This document shows, piece by piece, positions 59,701 through 64,000 of a DNA stretch of 64,000 nt. Each line of letters starts with the position of its first letter. Within the stretch, counting starts at the first letter, position 1. The stretch is taken from the NCBI RefSeq assembly GCF_036321535.1, contig NC_087447.1:50532001-50596000 (forward strand). Reading direction: 5' to 3'. This stretch comes from Camelus dromedarius. Its lineage: Eukaryota. The notes under the pieces were generated by a model. It saw nothing but the letters and a program-made list of their open reading frames with translations. It was not told the DNA's origin and searched no databases. A program made the translations under genes and the position numbers.

Positions 59701-62700
59701 TGAGAGCAGAGACAGACGGTTAACTTACTGAACTCATTCAGTAAGATAAGGATTCAGTAGAGGGCTGGATCCCATCCAGGAGTGGGGATCAGAGGAGGGA
59801 ATGGCCAACTGAACCTGATGAGGTCAAAGAAGGCAGCGTAAGAAGAGGTGATATTTGACATTTAAAATCAGACATTTTAAGGATAATATTTGAGAATTTT
59901 TCAGGGAGATGAGGGAGTAACAAATATTTCCAAAAGAAACAGTGTGGCCTGGTGGTGGAGAGCCTGGGCTCTGGAGTTGGACTGGCTGGGTCTTAATCCA
60001 CCTATAACCGGCTGTATGACCCTGGTCAAGTGATTCATTCATCCTCCTTCAGCTCAGCTTCCTCATCTGTAACATTCACTGACACCTGTAGGCATGGTCA
60101 CACGCAGTCATGCAGCAGGCTAGGGAGCTCCTCCTAAGATCCTGCCCTACCCCGCTGAGTCGTGTGTTTGTTATGACAGTTTCCCAGTGGATGGTAGTCC
60201 TGTGCTTGCTTTCTCTGATATCGTGACAGTTTGTGACAGACGGAGGTCAAAGGTCCTGAGAAGGATGCCTTTTCTAATTTGCACAAAGGCACCAAGTAGG
60301 CTAAAGGCAACTGGTACCTGTCATGTCTTTCTTTCTCCTTTCGAAAGTGAAACTCTTTCTAATAGGCAGGGGTCAGAGAAGCTTCAGTCTTCTTGCCTCT
60401 CTTAAGTTGTCCACCCAGGAACATTCCTGGCTGCTTGAGCCAGTGCCCACTAGGTGACAGGTCTCTGCCTTGGAATCTGGGCTGTAGCTCCTTCAATGGG
60501 ATGGTGACCACCTTTCTCCACAGAAGCCCTGGAGGAGATGGCAAGAAATGGGGCTCCTTTCCCCCACTGCTCTGCCCCATCCATCCCCCTAATTACACAT
60601 CCAACTGGGCAGGGGATAAACCTTTCTGCACGGAAGAATTGGAACAATCCTAAAAGCTACAATGTCTAAGAGGAAGGCAAAAACTCTCCCTCTCTTCACA
60701 TTTCCCAGCACATGGAAGGGAAACTCTTATGATCTTTCATAAAGAGAGGTTCCCACGGGGCACACCCCAGTTTCTAACCCCTCTTCCTTGCTTTGAGATT
60801 CACACCTCTCTTCCTCCAAAAGCATCCTTCTTACACTCCCCCCACCTGCCTCTATTCCAGGCCCACAGAGATCCAGTCCCTACCATAGGGAGGGCGGTTT
60901 CGCTCTCTAGATCCATCCACCCAGCCTCCCTGGCCCCACACTCACTGAATCAGGATTCTGGGAGGGTGAGGCCAGATATATGTGTTTTTAATCTGTTTCT
61001 GGGTTGTTTTTAGACCTGTTGAGGTTTGGAATCTTCTGCCCATTGGTTCTTTCCCTCATATAAAAGAAGGGCTCAGACTGATTGTTCTAGTAATTTAATT
61101 TTATTAAATTCTTTAGTTCTCCTCATGGTATGTGTGTGAGGTACGTATGTATATGGTATGTGGGCATGATGTGTCTGCATGTGTGTGTGTGTGTGTGTTG
61201 GGAGGGCAGCAGGCAGGCAAGGGGAAGGTGGATCAGTTCCTCACACTACACAGCAAAACTATAAAAGTACTTGTCACTAGGTCATAGGGTTAATGGCTGT
61301 TTTTCTTCTGCTTTCTCTGCATTTTTCAACGTTTCAACAAGGAACACATATGACTTAGGAAATAAAAAGAAAAAAAAAACTTAAAGGAATTCACCACCTT
61401 CCACAGTTATCCATTTTGAATCCCTTACTCCCAGAAAATTCAGTGGGCACCCTGCTATCCCAGCCTGATGTGTCAGGGCCTGAGAGATGGTGGACTGCTT
61501 CCAGAAACCGAGCTGTTCATAGGCACCATCTGGAAATGCGGTCCCCGCCCTCTTCTGTCATCCAGGACCTGCCCAGATGGTCCAGTAGGGCCTTGGCAGG
61601 GTCCTGAGCACTTGATTCCTAGGACTCCAGGCAGCTTTGGAGTTGGATCCAGGCCCCGGCGGGGGAACCAGGTGCAGGCTCCAGCTCTGGATAGAGGCCT
61701 GGCGAGAGCCAAAATGGCACCAGAGCAGTCCTATCCAAGAAAGCTGCCCAGCTCCTCACCTCCAAGACACGCATTATTCTGCTTGTATTGCTTTTTGAAA
61801 TTGGGAGGTATCTGGAAATTGACATGGACATTTAGCAAGGTGATGTTTCTTGTCTTCCCCAAAGGCTCTTCTTAAATCTGCAAGTTATACACAGTATGCA
61901 GTACAGTGCCTGACTCATAGTAAAACATCTATTAATAAATGAATACATATATGAAAAAGGAAAAAATAATACCTACCTTCTTGTAAGAGCAGTATGCCTC
62001 CTAATCGTCCCAAAGTTAGTGATGTTTGCTTTGGGGTCGCCCTTGGACTTGGTTAGTTTGACACAGTCTCCTCGGGGACCTCACAGAGACACAGTGACCT
62101 GTGAGCCCTGCCTGAAGGGACAGGCATTTCCCCTCATGTCTTTACACACACAGAGCTCCTCGACCACCTCCCCAGGAGCATGAGAAGTTTCCTGGTATAA
62201 AGCTGATGCTCAGTGCTGGGGTCCACCGTGCCACGGCTTCCTCCCGTCTAGGGCACGTGGAGATTCCTGTCCAGAGCAGGCCTCTTCCTTTAGGAACATC
62301 TGTGCTCACAGAAGGTAAGAGATGGAACTGAGCAGCCACAGTGTAGCCAGATGTTAATTTAAAGCAACAGGCACAAAAATAAATAGTTGTTTGTTTTTTT
62401 TTAAACAACAGGCACTTCTCACTATTATTCCAGGGCAAAGGAGTGCCAGTATTTAAGGGGATACTAAAAAAGAAAAAGGTGATTCATTCCAGATGCAGAG
62501 TATTTCATCACTACAAGAAAATTAACTATTTTGAATGATTGTCCCCTTGGCCTCAGAAGGGAGTGACTGAGTCCAGTGATCTCTAACGGGTGCCCGTGGT
62601 GGGCTGGGCACTTCTACTCCCATTTTCCAGCTGCTTTTTCACACACCCTACACACGTGCGCGCACACACTCACACATACACACACAGTCTAACATCCCTT

Positions 62701-63559
62701 TAGATGGAAGTAGACAGGAGGAGAGATCAGAGGCAGCCAAAGTCTAAACTGACAGGGGCAGATATACCTTGGCATTGGGGCCTCCTTCAAGAAAGCTGTG
62801 TGATCATTGGCATTTGTCTTGTGGGAGGGTCTGTGGGTCCTTGGCAGCCCTTCCCTCTCCCTGGGGATCTCCCACCTCTGGCACCTTGACATGGCTTTAA
62901 CTTCTCTGGCTGAAAGCTATGCTTTTTCCCTCAGTTCAGCTCCCATTCAACTCCACTAGGGGTCACCTGCCCTTCTAGAAGGTCCTCTTAATCCAGCTCA
63001 TCTCCATGGAGAAACACCTGGCCATGGGAAACCCCCTTGCTGGGCCAGAATCTGGGCTGTTTCCAAAGCGCCCCACCTCACAACTTGACCACTAGTGGGC
63101 GCTCTAGCCAAGCCTCTCGCCCATAGACATTTCCAGGTATGGATCAGGGACCAGTCTTACACCCACTAAACGTTAAAATACATCCTCTGGGTGGTTCCCT
63201 GGAAGCCCCCCTCAGTTGGTTTAAGAAGGGAAGAAGCTCCCTTTTATCCTTCCCATGTGGGGATCAGGGCTGAGCGCAGACGAGAACAGAGATGGACAAT
63301 ACTGTCCACTCTCCAATGAGAGTTTCTTTGTTTCTTCTTTTTCTGCCAAAGTCTCAGCCTTCATATGTCTTCATGGTGGAGGTCTTAGTCTCTCAGCTTG
63401 TCCCGTGTAGGTTGTCTTGTTCTTGGAGTGTCCAAGATGTTCAAGGTCACTCGAGACAAACAGGAAGCTGTCTCAGCCCGGTCAGCTTCATTGATTCCAG
63501 CACCCCTCTGATTCACACAGAGTCAGTGGAATGTGGATTCAGATTCCCCGTCCTTTGCT

Positions 63560-63735
63560 TAACAAGCCCTTGGGGCAAGTTGCTGAACTCTTGGTTTCAA
63601 GTTCCTCACTTGCAAATTGGGTTTAAGAATCCCAAATTCATGGGGCTTGGGAGAAGTTAAGGGAGATAATATTGCAAGGCATTTGGCACAGTGTCCAGCT
63701 TGTAACAAATGCTCACCAAACAGGAATTATTATTC
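63560..63735 (+). mobile_element. MIR
   Basis: ccttggggcaagttgctgaactcttggtttcaagttcctcacttgcaaattggg...aggcatttggcacagtgtcc...aaatgctca. Confidence 0.7.
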
Positions 63736-64000
63736 ACATGGTCCTGCTGAGATGTGAGCTTCCTGCCCTCAGCCTGGGAGGCATTCAGGCTTTCAAGGGC
63801 TGTTCTGCAGCAGGATAATCTCATCCATGATACTGCCAGTTGCTAGTTTGGCTCCCCCAGGCAGAGGGTAAAGAACGTAGGGGTTATATCTACAAGGACT
63901 AACTCCCATCCTGCCTGGTCACTTCTCAGCTAGATGACCTGAGCTCCAGGTTTTTGCCCTGAAAAGAAAAGACAACGTCAAACTGGCTTGGAAAGAAACC

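Overview
Mammalian genomic DNA, probably camelid (a tRNA-Ala-derived SINE head at 8417 and an L1 3' tail at 47734 resemble camelid repeats as I recall them; not verified). The only protein-coding gene I can support is TSKU (tsukushi, a secreted small leucine-rich proteoglycan) on the + strand. It has a CpG-island promoter at about 27.5-28.7 kb and a non-coding first exon with a likely donor at 27970. A ~10.6 kb intron follows, then one coding exon (acceptor 38587/38588, ATG 38596, stop 39672, 358 aa) and a ~1.5 kb 3'UTR ending near AATAAA at 41135. The rest is intergenic or intronic DNA dense in MIR, L2, L1, MaLR/ERVL LTRs and DNA-transposon relics; the other listed ORFs look spurious. I found no evidence for a new biological system. 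The best leads are: four ERV1-type solo LTRs within 6.4 kb (two from the same family), a perfect template-switch-like hairpin in a MIR, a candidate liver/xenobiotic enhancer, co-oriented CTCF motifs, candidate alternative first exons, TSKU coding peculiarities and stacked miRNA seed sites. Repeat family names and the human TSKU comparison come from recall, not from database searches.
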